Assembly (NCBI GenBank): GCA_963819655.1
Contig: CAWFXA010000001.1
Location: 512,001-576,000, forward strand
Source: an uncultured Chloroflexia bacterium
GTDB taxonomy: Bacteria; Chloroflexota; Limnocylindria; Limnocylindrales; CSP1-4
Length of the DNA stretch: 64,000 nt
Direction of reading: 5' to 3'
In this document: positions 21,496 to 32,033 of the stretch, piece by piece
How positions within the stretch are numbered: position 1 is the stretch's first letter
Layout: each line of letters opens with the position of its first letter
Notes under the pieces: generated by a model
Seen by the model: the letters and a program-made list of their open reading frames with translations, nothing else
What the model was told of the DNA's origin: nothing
Database searches by the model: none
Made by a program: the position numbers and the translations under genes

Positions 21496-22399
21496 GCCGT
21501 CGGATCTCGATCGGCATCAAGACGTCGCCGCAGGCCGTCGACTGGAGCACCCTCGACGCTGCGTGGCAGCGCATCGGCACGCACGACGTCTTCGAGTCGG
21601 TCTGGATGAACGACCATCTGGTCGATGTCGCGCATGACCGCCACGGCGCGAGCCTCGAATCGATGACGGCGTTGGCAGCGCTCGCCCATCACGTGCCCGG
21701 GCGCTGGCTCGGCACGGCGGTCCTGGCGGCGACGTTCCGGCATCCCGCCGTCCTGGCCAAAGCGGCGACGGTCATGGACCACGCCACCGGCGGCCGGTAC
21801 ATCGTCGGCCTGGGAGCCGGCTGGCACGAGGGCGAGCACCTGCCGTTCGGCATCCCGATGCCGTCGATGCCGGAGCGGTTCGACCGCTTCGAGTCGGCTG
21901 TCCATGTCCTCCGCGCACTGTGGTCCGACGCCGCGCGGACCCCGCCCGGCGTGACCCGTCCAGACCGGTTCTACCCACTCACCGACGCCACGAACGAGCC
22001 GCCGACACTGACGCCGCGGTGGGCCACGCCTGTGGCTCGGAGGCCAGAGACGCCGCGGGATCGCGCTGGCGGCCGCAGTCGCCGACGGATGGGTCCAACC
22101 GGCGGTGGCGGTCGGCGAGGGTCGGCCGACCAGCCTCGAGGACTTCAGCGACAGGCGTGGGGCGCTGATCCGCGCCCTCGAGGAGGTCGGCCGCGACCCT
22201 GACACCTTCGAGTTCGGCGCCCAGGTCCCGACGGGCACGACCGATGACGACCGGCGGCACGCGTTGGACCAGGCGCATGAGGCGGTCGAGCGCGGGGCGA
22301 CCCACGTGATCCTCGGGCTGCGGCCCGAGCCTTGGCCCTGACGGCGTCGACGCCGTCGCCCGCCTGGTCGCCGAGCCGCTGCGGCAGGCGCTCGGGTGA
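21492..22399 (+). CDS. LLM-class flavin/F420-dependent oxidoreductase, two apparent indels (~22017, ~22325)
   Basis: [27 protein letters not shown] and LGAGW, continuing in shifted frames as LWLGG...ADGW and ending ...EPLRQALG*. Confidence 0.78.
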
Positions 22400-22449
22400 G
22401 GGCACGCGCCACCACGGGCCGATCCGCCCGGAGCGCGCATCATGAGCAC

Positions 22450-22707
22450 GTGACCGAGAGACCCTCGTCGCCGGCGTCGGGACTGCCGCCGGACCCGCTC
22501 GCCTATGACTCGCCGCGGGCCGTGCGCGCTCGCGAGAAGGGTCTCCAGGCACCGTACATCGCCGGCGGACTCGACCCGGATCCGGCCGCGGGCAGGGCCG
22601 AGGAACGACGGCTGGGGCGGCTGCTCGTCGCGATGATCGTGGTCATCGTGTCGTCCGGCTTCGTGATCGGCACTCTCGTCGCCCTTCTCGGCCCAAGCGG
22701 CTCGTGA
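22450..22707 (+). CDS. small single-TM membrane protein
   Basis: GTG start; RAREKGLQAPYIAGG followed by a C-terminal TM helix; stop overlaps the next start. Confidence 0.6.
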   Translation: MTERPSSPASGLPPDPLAYDSPRAVRAREKGLQAPYIAGGLDPDPAAGRAEERRLGRLLVAMIVVIVSSGFVIGTLVALLGPSGS

Positions 22708-24149
22708 CGACCGGCGCAAGGAGCCTCCCGTCCGCCGCGGTCGCGGCCGCGGACTGGGAGGCGGCTCACGAGGGGGTGGTCACGACCCTGCGCGAGCTGA
22801 TCCGCATCCCTTCGGTCAACCCGCCCGACCCCGCGGCACCCGACCAGGAGACGCGCGCCGCTCGCTATCTGGAGGGGCGCATCCGGGCGCTCGGCCTCGA
22901 TCCCGAGGTCGTCGAGCCCGCCCCGGGTCGCGGTTCCGTCCACGCGCGCCTGCGGGGTGACGGCACCGGCGGCGAGCCGTTCCTCCTGCTGTCGCACCTC
23001 GACGTCGTCCCGGCACCGCCCGACCGCTGGTCGCACGACCCGTTCGCCGCGGATATCGCCGACGGCTACGTCTACGGCCGCGGCGCGGTCGACATGAAGG
23101 GCATGATCGCCCTCGAGCTCGGCGTCATCGAGCGGCTGGTCGACGAGGCACGCGCGGCCGGCCGCGACCCCGCCAGGGACCCGATCCCGGGCATGCGACG
23201 AGACGTGCTGTTGACCTGCGCGGCCGACGAGGAATCGGGCTCGACCGACGGTGCCCGCTGGTTCGCCGCACATCGCCCGGAATGGTTGCGGGCCGCGGGA
23301 GCGGTGAACGAATGCGGCGGTGTGTCGGTGACGGTCGCTGGCCGGAGGCTCTATCCGATCCAGGTCGCCGAGAAGGGCTTCGTCCCGTACCGCATCCACG
23401 TCACGGGCAACTGGGGCCACGGCTCGATGCCACGCGACGACAACGCGGCGGTCCTCGCGGCCGCCATCATCGAGCGACTCGCCGTGCCCGGGCCGGTCCG
23501 GATGACGCCGGTGATGGTCCGGTTCCTCGAAACCGCAGCCGCGGTACTGCCCGGCGATGCGGCCGCGACGCTGCGCTCGATCGCCCGCGGTGAGCTCGCC
23601 CCTGACGCGACGGACCACGCGATCGATGGGCTGTGCGACCCGATGTATGCGCGCGCTCTGCGAGCCCTGATCCGCGACACGCTCAGCCCGGACGTCATCC
23701 ATGCCGGCGTCAAGTACAACGTGATCCCGGGCGATGCGGACATCGAGGTCGACTGCCGCATCCTGCCCGGTACGACCGAGGCCGACATCCGCGCGGAGGT
23801 CGAGCGGCGCATCGGCCCGGACCTGCTCGCCGCGTGCAGCATCGAGCGGTTAGCCTGGGGCGACCCGGTCGAGGCGCCGGCCGAGGGGCCGCTGTGGGAC
23901 ACGCTGGTGGCCACGCTGCGCGACCACGATCCCGAGGGCATCCCCCTCCCGGTCATGACGCCATTCGCCACGGATGCCAAGGCGACATCGCTTGTCGGCA
24001 CCCCGACCTACGGCTTCTCGCCGTTCCGCCTCGAGCCCGACGAGCGCTTCCTCGAGCGCTTCCACGGCGTCGACGAACGGATCTCGCTCGACGCGCTCCG
24101 GTTCGGGCTCCCGGTGCTGTACGACGTCGTGCGCCGCTTCTGCGGCTGA
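22704..24149 (+). CDS. M20/M25/M40 family metallopeptidase
   Basis: SHLDVVP, GRGAVDMKG, ADEE, HGSMP and FHGVDERI motifs. Confidence 0.9.
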   Translation: MTTGARSLPSAAVAAADWEAAHEGVVTTLRELIRIPSVNPPDPAAPDQETRAARYLEGRIRALGLDPEVVEPAPGRGSVHARLRGDGTGGEPFLLLSHLDVVPAPPDRWSHDPFAADIADGYVYGRGAVDMKGMIALELGVIERLVDEARAAGRDPARDPIPGMRRDVLLTCAADEESGSTDGARWFAAHRPEWLRAAGAVNECGGVSVTVAGRRLYPIQVAEKGFVPYRIHVTGNWGHGSMPRDDNAAVLAAAIIERLAVPGPVRMTPVMVRFLETAAAVLPGDAAATLRSIARGELAPDATDHAIDGLCDPMYARALRALIRDTLSPDVIHAGVKYNVIPGDADIEVDCRILPGTTEADIRAEVERRIGPDLLAACSIERLAWGDPVEAPAEGPLWDTLVATLRDHDPEGIPLPVMTPFATDAKATSLVGTPTYGFSPFRLEPDERFLERFHGVDERISLDALRFGLPVLYDVVRRFCG

Positions 24150-24161
24150 CGGGGCCGCCGG

Positions 24162-24395
24162 TCAGTCGTTCGGCCGCTGCTCCTTCGGGACCGTGACGCG
24201 GACGCGCTCCTCACACGATTGGCAGACGTAGTAATGGCCGCGCTGCCATTCCTGTTCCGGGTCGAGCTCGGCGACATCGTGCGCCATGCGCTCGGGATCC
24301 GGCTCCGGTTCGGGGACCATGTTGCCCCACGACCCGTCTGAATGTTGGTGCTGGACGTAGAACAGCGCGTTGGACAACTGGCCGTATTGGAACAT
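24162..24395 (-). CDS. small putative zinc-binding protein
   Basis: 77 aa; GGAGGT SD; HQH and CQSC motifs. Confidence 0.6.
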   Translation of the reverse strand: MFQYGQLSNALFYVQHQHSDGSWGNMVPEPEPDPERMAHDVAELDPEQEWQRGHYYVCQSCEERVRVTVPKEQRPND

Positions 24396-24440
24396 CCGGG
24401 TGTGACCTCCTGACCGTAGCCTACCTCCCCGCCGGTCCCG

Positions 24441-25001
24441 TCACGTCCCGGGTTCGCGCCGTGCCCGGATCAAGCGGCCTCTGCGACTGATCGCGTGCGT
24501 CGCGAGCGCCGCGACGCCCATCGCGACGATCGATCGTTCCGCGGTCGGGAGGGGCCGCACCGCGGACAGGAATTGCTCGGCGCGCCCGCGGTCGACGACC
24601 CGCAGGATGGCGTGACCGCGCGGGGTCAAGCGCAGGACCTTCTGGCGCCGGTCCTCCTCCTCGGCGCGGCGCTCCACCAGGCGCCGCTTGACCAGACCGT
24701 CGATGAGGCGGCTCGTCGCCGACGGCGACCGGTTGATGGACTCGGCCAGCTCCCCGATCGTCAGCGTGCTGCCGTCGGCGAGCACGTACAGCGCAGCGAG
24801 CTGGGTGAAACCGAGCCGCAGCTCGCCGAGCTGGCTCGCGAAGCCGATGACGAGCTCGCGCCACAGCGCACGACCCATCGCCACGCGCTCGCTGATCTGA
24901 CGGACGTTGGGCAGCCGCGTCCCCGCAGCCAGGACCGGTGCCGAGAGATCGGCTTCGAAGCGCTGTGCGATCGCGCGGCGGGGCGCCGGTCGGGTAGCCA
25001 T
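24441..25001 (-). CDS. MarR family transcriptional regulator
   Basis: LTIGELAESINRSPSATSRLIDGLVKRRLVER...DRRQKVLRLTPRG winged helix. Confidence 0.88.
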   Translation of the reverse strand: MATRPAPRRAIAQRFEADLSAPVLAAGTRLPNVRQISERVAMGRALWRELVIGFASQLGELRLGFTQLAALYVLADGSTLTIGELAESINRSPSATSRLIDGLVKRRLVERRAEEEDRRQKVLRLTPRGHAILRVVDRGRAEQFLSAVRPLPTAERSIVAMGVAALATHAISRRGRLIRARREPGT

Positions 25002-25016
25002 GCATGCAAGCATGCA
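25001..25016. promoter_or_regulatory. candidate MarR operator between marR and fabD
   Basis: Perfect inverted repeat TGCATGC-aa-GCATGCA in the 60-bp divergent spacer. Confidence 0.55.
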
Positions 25017-25061
25017 CGTGAATCCCGGTGCCCGGCAAGGCCTGCCCGTACGCTTCCGGCG

Positions 25062-26024
25062 ATGTCCCCATTCGCATTCGTGTTTCCCGGCCAGGGCTCG
25101 CAATCGGTGGGCATGGGCCGGGACCTCGCCATGTCATCACCTACCGCTGGGGCAGTGTGGTCCGCGGCTGACGACGCCCTCGGCGAGCCACTGGGTGCGC
25201 TCGCATGGGATGGCCCCGCAGACCGGCTCGACCGCACCGAGAACGCGCAGCCCGCCATTCTCGCGGCGTCGATCGCGATCCTCGAGGCGATGCGCGATCG
25301 CTGGGCGGCCGCCGGTCTGGAGCCCCCGACACCGGCCTTCGCCGCGGGCCATTCGATGGGTCAGTACTCCGCACTCGTCGCGAGCGGCGTCCTGTCGCTG
25401 GCGGATGGCGTTCGACTCGTCCGCCGCCGCGGTGAGCTGATGCAGGCGTCGGGCCAGGGTCGCGACGGCGCGATGGCCGCGATCATCGGCCTCGATGACG
25501 CGCGGGTCCCCGAGCTGCTCGAGGCGGCCGCGAAGCATGGCACGTTCGTCGTGGCGAACCGGAACGCGCCCGGCCAGGTCGTCGTGTCTGGCGAGCGCGG
25601 CGCGATCGAGGCCGGTGCCGAGATCGCCCGTGAGCTGGGCGCCAAGCGCTCGATCGTGCTGCCCGTCAGCGTCGCGGCTCACTCGCCGCTCATGGCCGAG
25701 GCGGCGGATGGCATGCGCGCCACGCTCGAGGGTGTCGAGTTCCACGATCCGTGGACGACGCTCCTGGCCAACGCAGACGGCCACCCGATCACGTCGGCTG
25801 CGGGTGCACGAGAGGAGCTCGTGGACCACCTGACGGCCGGGGTCGACTGGGTCGGGGCGGTCCAGCGGATGACCGGCGCCGGCGTCACGACCTTCATCGA
25901 GGTCGGCCCGGGCAAGGTCCTGACCGGTCTCATCAAACGCATCGCCCCGGATGCCGAGACCGTCCCCGCGGACGATCCGGCCACACACGACCGACTCCTC
26001 GATCTCGCCGCCGTCGCGGCCTGA
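25062..26024 (+). CDS. fabD: malonyl-CoA:ACP transacylase
   Basis: FVFPGQGSQ, AGHSMGQY, AAHSPLM and EVGPGKVL motifs. Confidence 0.93.
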   Translation: MSPFAFVFPGQGSQSVGMGRDLAMSSPTAGAVWSAADDALGEPLGALAWDGPADRLDRTENAQPAILAASIAILEAMRDRWAAAGLEPPTPAFAAGHSMGQYSALVASGVLSLADGVRLVRRRGELMQASGQGRDGAMAAIIGLDDARVPELLEAAAKHGTFVVANRNAPGQVVVSGERGAIEAGAEIARELGAKRSIVLPVSVAAHSPLMAEAADGMRATLEGVEFHDPWTTLLANADGHPITSAAGAREELVDHLTAGVDWVGAVQRMTGAGVTTFIEVGPGKVLTGLIKRIAPDAETVPADDPATHDRLLDLAAVAA

Positions 26025-26052
26025 TCGCCCACTCCTGGAGGGATAGCCCAAC

Positions 26053-27327
26053 ATGCGTCGACCCGACTACGACCGCCGCGTCGTCGTCACCGGACTCGGG
26101 GTGGTCAGCCCCGTCGGCAACGACAAGGACACGGCCTGGTCGAACCTCGTCAACGGTGTCTCCGGCCTCGGCCCGATCACCCATTTCGACTCATCGCCGT
26201 ACGAGGCGAAGGTGGCCGGCGAGGTCCGCGATTTCGACGCCAAGGAATGGATGGACCCGAAAGCCGCGCGCCGCAGCGAGTCGAGCATGCATTTCGGGGT
26301 CGCGGCGGCCAAGCAGGCCCTGGCCGATTCCGGCTTCGAGCTGACGGACGAGAACCGCACCGAGGTCGGGGTCGTGTTCGGCTCGGGCGCGGGCGGTCAG
26401 CAGCTGATGATCGACAACTACATGACCCTCCACGAACGTGGCCCGCGGACGGTCGCACCGACGTTCATCGCGAACGCCCTCGTCGACAGCTGTTCGGGGA
26501 TGATCGCGATCGAGACGGGGGCGATCGGTCACAACGTCTGCATGGTGTCAGCCTGCGCGACCGGCACGCACAACGTGGGCGAGGCGGCCGAGGCGATCCG
26601 TCGCGGCGATTGCGTGGCGGTGATCAGCGGCTCGACCGAGGCGCCTCTGCTCGAGGTCGCGCACGCCGGGTTCTCGAATATGCGCGGCATGGGCCTCCCC
26701 CGCCCCGGCGAGGAGCCGCAGACCGTGTCGCGCCCGTTCGATGCCACGCGCGATGGATTCGTCCTCGGCGAGGGCGCCGGCTCCCTGTTCCTCGAAGACC
26801 TCGACATCGCCAAGGCCCGTGGCGCGACGATCTACGCCGAGGTCGTCGGGTACGGCTCGGCCGCCGACGGGTGGGACATGGTCCAGCCGATCGACGCCGG
26901 CGTCGGGTCGGCACGGGCGATGCAGATGGCGCTCGACCGCCGCGGCGTGCCCGCCGACGAAGTCGACCTGATCAACCCCCACGGCACCTCGACGCCGCTC
27001 GGCGACAAGCGCGAGGCGGAGGCGATCTGGACGACGTTCGGGTCGCGCTCCGCGCGCGACGCCAAGGCGATCGCGATCAGCGGGACCAAGTCGATGACCG
27101 GGCACATGATGGGCGCGGCGGGGGCATTCGAGGCGTTCGCGACGGTGATGGCGGTCGCCGAGCAGTGCGCGCCGGGCACCCTCAACTACCGCGACTACGA
27201 CCCGGAGTGCGACCTGTGGGTCCCGGCCGAGACGGTCCCGATGCCGATCCGCCACGCGCTGTCCAACAACATCGGTCTGGGTGGACACAACGGCGCGGTC
27301 ATCTTCAAGCGCTACGACGGCGACTGA
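26053..27327 (+). CDS. fabF: beta-ketoacyl-ACP synthase II (copy 1)
   Basis: Catalytic Cys-His-His in SACATG, HGTST and GHMMGAAG. Confidence 0.88.
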   Translation: MRRPDYDRRVVVTGLGVVSPVGNDKDTAWSNLVNGVSGLGPITHFDSSPYEAKVAGEVRDFDAKEWMDPKAARRSESSMHFGVAAAKQALADSGFELTDENRTEVGVVFGSGAGGQQLMIDNYMTLHERGPRTVAPTFIANALVDSCSGMIAIETGAIGHNVCMVSACATGTHNVGEAAEAIRRGDCVAVISGSTEAPLLEVAHAGFSNMRGMGLPRPGEEPQTVSRPFDATRDGFVLGEGAGSLFLEDLDIAKARGATIYAEVVGYGSAADGWDMVQPIDAGVGSARAMQMALDRRGVPADEVDLINPHGTSTPLGDKREAEAIWTTFGSRSARDAKAIAISGTKSMTGHMMGAAGAFEAFATVMAVAEQCAPGTLNYRDYDPECDLWVPAETVPMPIRHALSNNIGLGGHNGAVIFKRYDGD

Positions 27328-27500
27328 CCGTTCTGCCCCCTTCCCGCGTGGGTCACTCACGGTGACGGTGTCTCGCTCGGTCACGCCCGTCAGTCTCGCG
27401 CGAGGAGCGTTGGATGGCGTTGACGCCGATGCCGGGCCCGTCCCGGACCTCGCTGCCTACAATCTGTGCGTGCCCGTGCCCCACCCCACCGTGACGTCCC

Positions 27501-28766
27501 ATGGCTGAGCGCGACCCGGCCCGGCGTGCGGTCGTCACCGGCCTCGGCGCGATCATGCCCATCGGCAACGACTTCCCGACGTACTGGGCGAACCTCAAGG
27601 CCGGCGTGACCGGCACGCGCACGATCCGAAGCTTCGATGCGTCGCAGCACGAGGTCCGCATCGCGGCCGAGGTCCTCGATTTCGATCCGGCCACGGTCAT
27701 GGACCCCAAGATGGCGCGCCGGATGAGCCGCTTCATCCACCTCGCGATGGGCGCCGGCAAGGAGGCGGTGGCGGACTCGGGCATCGATTTCGCAGCCATG
27801 ACGCCGGAGCAGCGCGACCGCGTCGGGGTCGTCGTCAACACCGGCGGTGGCGGCATCGAGCAGATCATCGACGGGACTCACGTCCACGATCGGAAGGGCC
27901 CCCGGTTCGTCTCGCCGTTCGCCGTGCCCGCGCTGTCCGGGTCCATGGCGGCGGCCTTGCTGTCGATGGAGTGGGGCCTGACTGGGCCCGTCATCACCCA
28001 GGTCGCCGCGTGCGCGACGTCCGTGATCGCCTTCCACGACGCGCTCCGCCTCATCCGCGAGGGCGAATGCGACGTGGTCGTGACCGGCGGCTCGGAGGCG
28101 CCGATCTGGCCGATGGGGGTCGCCGCGCTCGCCAACATGACGGCCCTCTCGAAACGGAACGACACCCCCGAGACCGCGTCGCGACCGTTCGACCTGACGC
28201 GGGACGGGTTCGTCCTGGGCGAAGGGGCCGGCATCGTGATCGTCGAGTCGCTCGCCCACGCACGAGAGCGTGGCGCCACGCCGATCGCCGAGGTGCTCGG
28301 CGGCGCACTCACTGCCGACGCGTTCCACATCAGCGCCCCCGAGCCGACGGGTCGCGGCCAGATGCGGTCCATGACGAATGCCATGCGGAACAGCGGTATC
28401 GCGCCGGACGAGGTCGACTACATCGTGGCCCATGGCACGGCGACGCCGCTCAACGACGTCACCGAGACGCGCGCGATCAAGGGTGCGTACGGGGAGCACG
28501 CCTACAAGGTCGCCATCAGCTCGCCGAAATCGATGATCGGCCACCTCGTCGGCGCGGCAGGCATCGCCAGCGCGCTGGCCGGACTGGGCGCGATCCGCGA
28601 CGGGGTCATCCCGCCGACCGCCAACCTGCGCACACCCGATCCCGAGTGCGACCTGGACTACGTGCCGCTCACGGCGCGCACGGCCAGGGTCGACACGGTT
28701 GCTGTGGACGGTTTCGGGTTCGGCGGCCAGAACGCGGTCTCGATCTTCCGCCGCGTGGTCGACTGA
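27501..28766 (+). CDS. fabF: beta-ketoacyl-ACP synthase II (copy 2)
   Basis: AACATS, HGTAT, GHLVGAAG and GFGFGGQN motifs. Confidence 0.88.
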   Translation: MAERDPARRAVVTGLGAIMPIGNDFPTYWANLKAGVTGTRTIRSFDASQHEVRIAAEVLDFDPATVMDPKMARRMSRFIHLAMGAGKEAVADSGIDFAAMTPEQRDRVGVVVNTGGGGIEQIIDGTHVHDRKGPRFVSPFAVPALSGSMAAALLSMEWGLTGPVITQVAACATSVIAFHDALRLIREGECDVVVTGGSEAPIWPMGVAALANMTALSKRNDTPETASRPFDLTRDGFVLGEGAGIVIVESLAHARERGATPIAEVLGGALTADAFHISAPEPTGRGQMRSMTNAMRNSGIAPDEVDYIVAHGTATPLNDVTETRAIKGAYGEHAYKVAISSPKSMIGHLVGAAGIASALAGLGAIRDGVIPPTANLRTPDPECDLDYVPLTARTARVDTVAVDGFGFGGQNAVSIFRRVVD

Positions 28767-28770
28767 CGGC

Positions 28771-29259
28771 TTAGCGCAGCGCGCGACCCTCGAACGTCTC
28801 GATCGCGTCGATGTGCGCCGGGCTCAGCGGCGCGGAGCGATCGGCCTCGTAGTCGTAGCGGACCATCACCGAGTCGCTCGTCGCGACCAGTCGTGGACTC
28901 CCGCCGGGTCCGCACGCCGTCAGCCGGTGCTCGAGCGTGAACGACGACCGACCGATGTGCGTGGCTCGCGTCTCGACCGTGACGGTCTCGCTGTGGAAGA
29001 CCGGCGCCCGGTACGTGATCCGTGCCTCGGCGAGGATCAGACTCTCGGCCCCTTCGTGGCCGGCCGACACCGGCTCACCGGTGACGTCGGTCCAGTACCG
29101 GATGCGGGCCATCTCGCAGTAGGTCAGGTAGACCGCGTTGTTGACGTGGCCCATCGCATCGGTGTCGGCGAAACGCACCTCGATGGCGACGGTGTGGGCG
29201 AAGTCGCCCGCCAGGTCGCGTGGATCCGCCGGGGTCTCGATGCGTGCGCGGGCCGCCAT
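28771..29259 (-). CDS. acyl-CoA thioesterase (4HBT hotdog fold)
   Basis: VRFADTDAMGHVNNAVYLTY motif. Confidence 0.88.
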   Translation of the reverse strand: MAARARIETPADPRDLAGDFAHTVAIEVRFADTDAMGHVNNAVYLTYCEMARIRYWTDVTGEPVSAGHEGAESLILAEARITYRAPVFHSETVTVETRATHIGRSSFTLEHRLTACGPGGSPRLVATSDSVMVRYDYEADRSAPLSPAHIDAIETFEGRALR

Positions 29260-29267
29260 GTCGAGGC

Positions 29268-31973
29268 TCAGTCTGGCGACTCGACGAGGAGCGTGCCGGC
29301 CATCCCGGCATCGGCGTGACCCGGCACGGTGCACACGATCCGGTAGGTGCCGGGTTGGTCGATCGCGAACCGGATCGTGCGGGTCTGGCCCGGACGCGCG
29401 CCGGCGTCGACGTTGGCCAGCCCCTCGACCTCCCAGTCATGGAAGATGGGGTCGTCATTTCGGAAGGACAGGACCACGGTCCGGCCCGCCTCCACTCGCA
29501 CCTCGGCCGGGGTGAACGCGGTGTCGCGGGCCGTGACCGCCAGGCGCGTGGCGCCGGCGTCAACCCAGCGGTCGGCGGCCATGACACCTCCTGCCAAACC
29601 GACCGCCGCCAGCGCGACCGCGGCGAGAAACCAGGCCTGGCGCAGTCGGCCGAAGAGGCCGGCCCGGCGGATCCGATGTGGCGCCTGCGGTCGCGCATCG
29701 AACGACCGGAGCCGAAGGGCGTTCGCGACGACCGTGACCGACGAGAGCGCCATCGCACCCGCGGCGAGCGCCGGCGAGAGGGCGATCCCGAACGCCGGGA
29801 TCAGGACGCCCATGGCCACCGGGATGAGGACGATGTTGTAGGCGAAGGCCCAGAAGAGGTTCTGGCGGATCACCGTCATGGTCGCCCGTGACAGCCCGAT
29901 CGCGGCCGGCACGCCGCGCGGATCGCCGCCGATGAGCGTCACGCCGGCGGCGTCGATCGCGACGTCGGTCCCGGTCCCGATGGCGATCCCGAGATCGGCC
30001 TGCGCGAGCCCGGGCGCGTCATTGATCCCGTCGCCGACCATCGCGACCGTTCGGCCCCGGCCCTGGAGTCTTTCGACGATCCCCGCCTTGTCGGTCGGAC
30101 GCGTCTCGGCCACGACGCGATGCGCCGGGATGCCGACCTGGCCGGCGACCGCGGTCGCCGTGGACCGCGCGTCGCCCGTCACGAGCCAGACCTCGATGCC
30201 CGCGGCGGACAGCTCGCGCACCGCACCGGCCGCCTCGACCCTGACGGGGTCGGCGATGGCGATCAACCCGGCAGCACGGCCGTCGATGGCCACACCGACG
30301 GGTGTTCGCCCGTTCGTCGCAAGAGTCTCGAGCGCCGAACCCAACCGTGAGAAGTCGATCCCGTCAGCGGCGAGCCAGGACGGTCGGCCCACGATGACGC
30401 TTCGTCGACCTGCGGCTGTCTCGACGACGCCACGGACACCGCCGCCGATGGTCGCATCGAACTCGACGACGCGGTCGAACCCGAGCTCGCGCTCGTTGGC
30501 GTACGCGACGATGGCCGCCCCGAGCGGGTGTTCGCTCGCACGCTCGAGGGCACCGGCGAGGTCGATGACGGTTCGTGCCGCCTCACCGGGTGCGACGACC
30601 ACATCGGTGACGCTCGGGCGACCGAGCGTGAGCGTGCCCGTCTTGTCGAACACGACGGTATCCACGCGATGGGCCGTCTCGAGGGCCTCACCCCCGCGGA
30701 TCAGGATGCCGGCCTCCGCCCCACGACCGGTCCCGACCATGACCGCGGCCGGTGTGGCCAGACCCATCGCGCACGGGCAGGCGATCACCACGACACCGAT
30801 GAATGCGGTGAGGGCCAGCGTCGTCCTTGGCTCCGGTCCGAAGACGAACCAGACCACGAACGTCGCGCCGGCCACCAGGAGAACCAGCGGAACGAACACC
30901 TCCGCGATCCGATCCGCGAGGTGCTGGATCGGGGGCTTGCTTCCCTGCGCACGACGCACTGCCTCGACGATGCGCGCGAGCGCGGTCTCACGACCCACCC
31001 GGGTCGCGCGCATCACGAACGTCCCTGTCGTGTTGAGGGTCGCCCCGACGACCTCGATGCCGGCCGTCACCTCGACCGGAAACGCCTCCCCGGTGAGCAT
31101 GCTGGCATCGACCGCCGACACTCCTTCGACGACGACTCCGTCGACCGGCACCCTGTCGCCCGGCCTCACGCGGAGGAGGTCACCGACCGCGACGCCCTCG
31201 AGCGGGACGTCGACCTCTCGGCCGCCCTCGACCCGACGTGCGGTCGCCGGCTGCAGGCCGACCAGCCGGCGGATCGCGCCCGCCGTGCTGGCCTTCGCGC
31301 GTCCTTCCAGCCAGCGCCCGAGGAGGACGAGGCCAAGGATGATCGTCGATGCATCGAAGTAGGTCTCCGGATGCAGCCCAGCCGCGTGGATCGCTTCCGG
31401 GAAGAGGGTCACGCCGACGCTGTACAGCCAGGCGGCCGTCGTTCCGATCGCGATGAGCGTGTCCATGTTGGCCGTCCCGTGACGAGCGGCCCGCCACGTC
31501 GCTCGATAGAAGCGGGATCCCGCCCAGGCCTGGATGAACGTGGCCGGAACGAGCGCCAGCCAGTTGATGGTCTCCATCGGGATGCGCGTCTGGGGGACGA
31601 ACATCGCGACCATGATCGCGACGGCCACGGCGATCGACACCAGTGCCTGGCGGAGAAGCGTGCGCGACTCCTCGTCGCGACGAGCATCGGCGTCGGCCGC
31701 CTCGGCGGTCAGCGAGATCGGTGGCTCGTCGCGGCTCCGCTCGGCATCGGGGCGGACGTCGTAGCCGGCCGCCTCGACGGCGGCCACGAACCGGGCGCGG
31801 TCGGCCACGCTCGGGAGGTAGCGGATGGTCGCCTGCTCGGTGGCGAGATTGACGCTCGCGGTCTCGACCCCGTCCGTCGCCCGCAGGAATCGCTCGATCC
31901 GATTCACGCACGATGCGCACGTCATGCCCTCGACGGGAAGCTGGATCTCGGCGGTCGTCGGCTCGCGCATCAT
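29268..31973 (-). CDS. copA: Cu(I)-translocating P1B-ATPase with a C-terminal cupredoxin domain
   Basis: GMTCASC HMA domain, CPC, DKTGT, HP, GDGIND and YN...MALSS; extra C-terminal TM plus HDW...[11 protein letters not shown]. Confidence 0.92.
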   Translation of the reverse strand: MMREPTTAEIQLPVEGMTCASCVNRIERFLRATDGVETASVNLATEQATIRYLPSVADRARFVAAVEAAGYDVRPDAERSRDEPPISLTAEAADADARRDEESRTLLRQALVSIAVAVAIMVAMFVPQTRIPMETINWLALVPATFIQAWAGSRFYRATWRAARHGTANMDTLIAIGTTAAWLYSVGVTLFPEAIHAAGLHPETYFDASTIILGLVLLGRWLEGRAKASTAGAIRRLVGLQPATARRVEGGREVDVPLEGVAVGDLLRVRPGDRVPVDGVVVEGVSAVDASMLTGEAFPVEVTAGIEVVGATLNTTGTFVMRATRVGRETALARIVEAVRRAQGSKPPIQHLADRIAEVFVPLVLLVAGATFVVWFVFGPEPRTTLALTAFIGVVVIACPCAMGLATPAAVMVGTGRGAEAGILIRGGEALETAHRVDTVVFDKTGTLTLGRPSVTDVVVAPGEAARTVIDLAGALERASEHPLGAAIVAYANERELGFDRVVEFDATIGGGVRGVVETAAGRRSVIVGRPSWLAADGIDFSRLGSALETLATNGRTPVGVAIDGRAAGLIAIADPVRVEAAGAVRELSAAGIEVWLVTGDARSTATAVAGQVGIPAHRVVAETRPTDKAGIVERLQGRGRTVAMVGDGINDAPGLAQADLGIAIGTGTDVAIDAAGVTLIGGDPRGVPAAIGLSRATMTVIRQNLFWAFAYNIVLIPVAMGVLIPAFGIALSPALAAGAMALSSVTVVANALRLRSFDARPQAPHRIRRAGLFGRLRQAWFLAAVALAAVGLAGGVMAADRWVDAGATRLAVTARDTAFTPAEVRVEAGRTVVLSFRNDDPIFHDWEVEGLANVDAGARPGQTRTIRFAIDQPGTYRIVCTVPGHADAGMAGTLLVESPD

Positions 31974-31988
31974 ACTCCTGGGGAGTAT
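31972..31988. promoter_or_regulatory. CsoR-type operator overlapping the copA promoter and start
   Basis: ATACTCC-tgg-GGAGTAT inverted repeat (TAC...G-tract...GTA pattern) overlapping the minus-strand -10 TATACT. Confidence 0.65.
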
Positions 31989-32033
31989 ATCAGCCGTCGG
32001 GGCCCGGTCCGTGGATGCCGCAGACTTAGAGCC

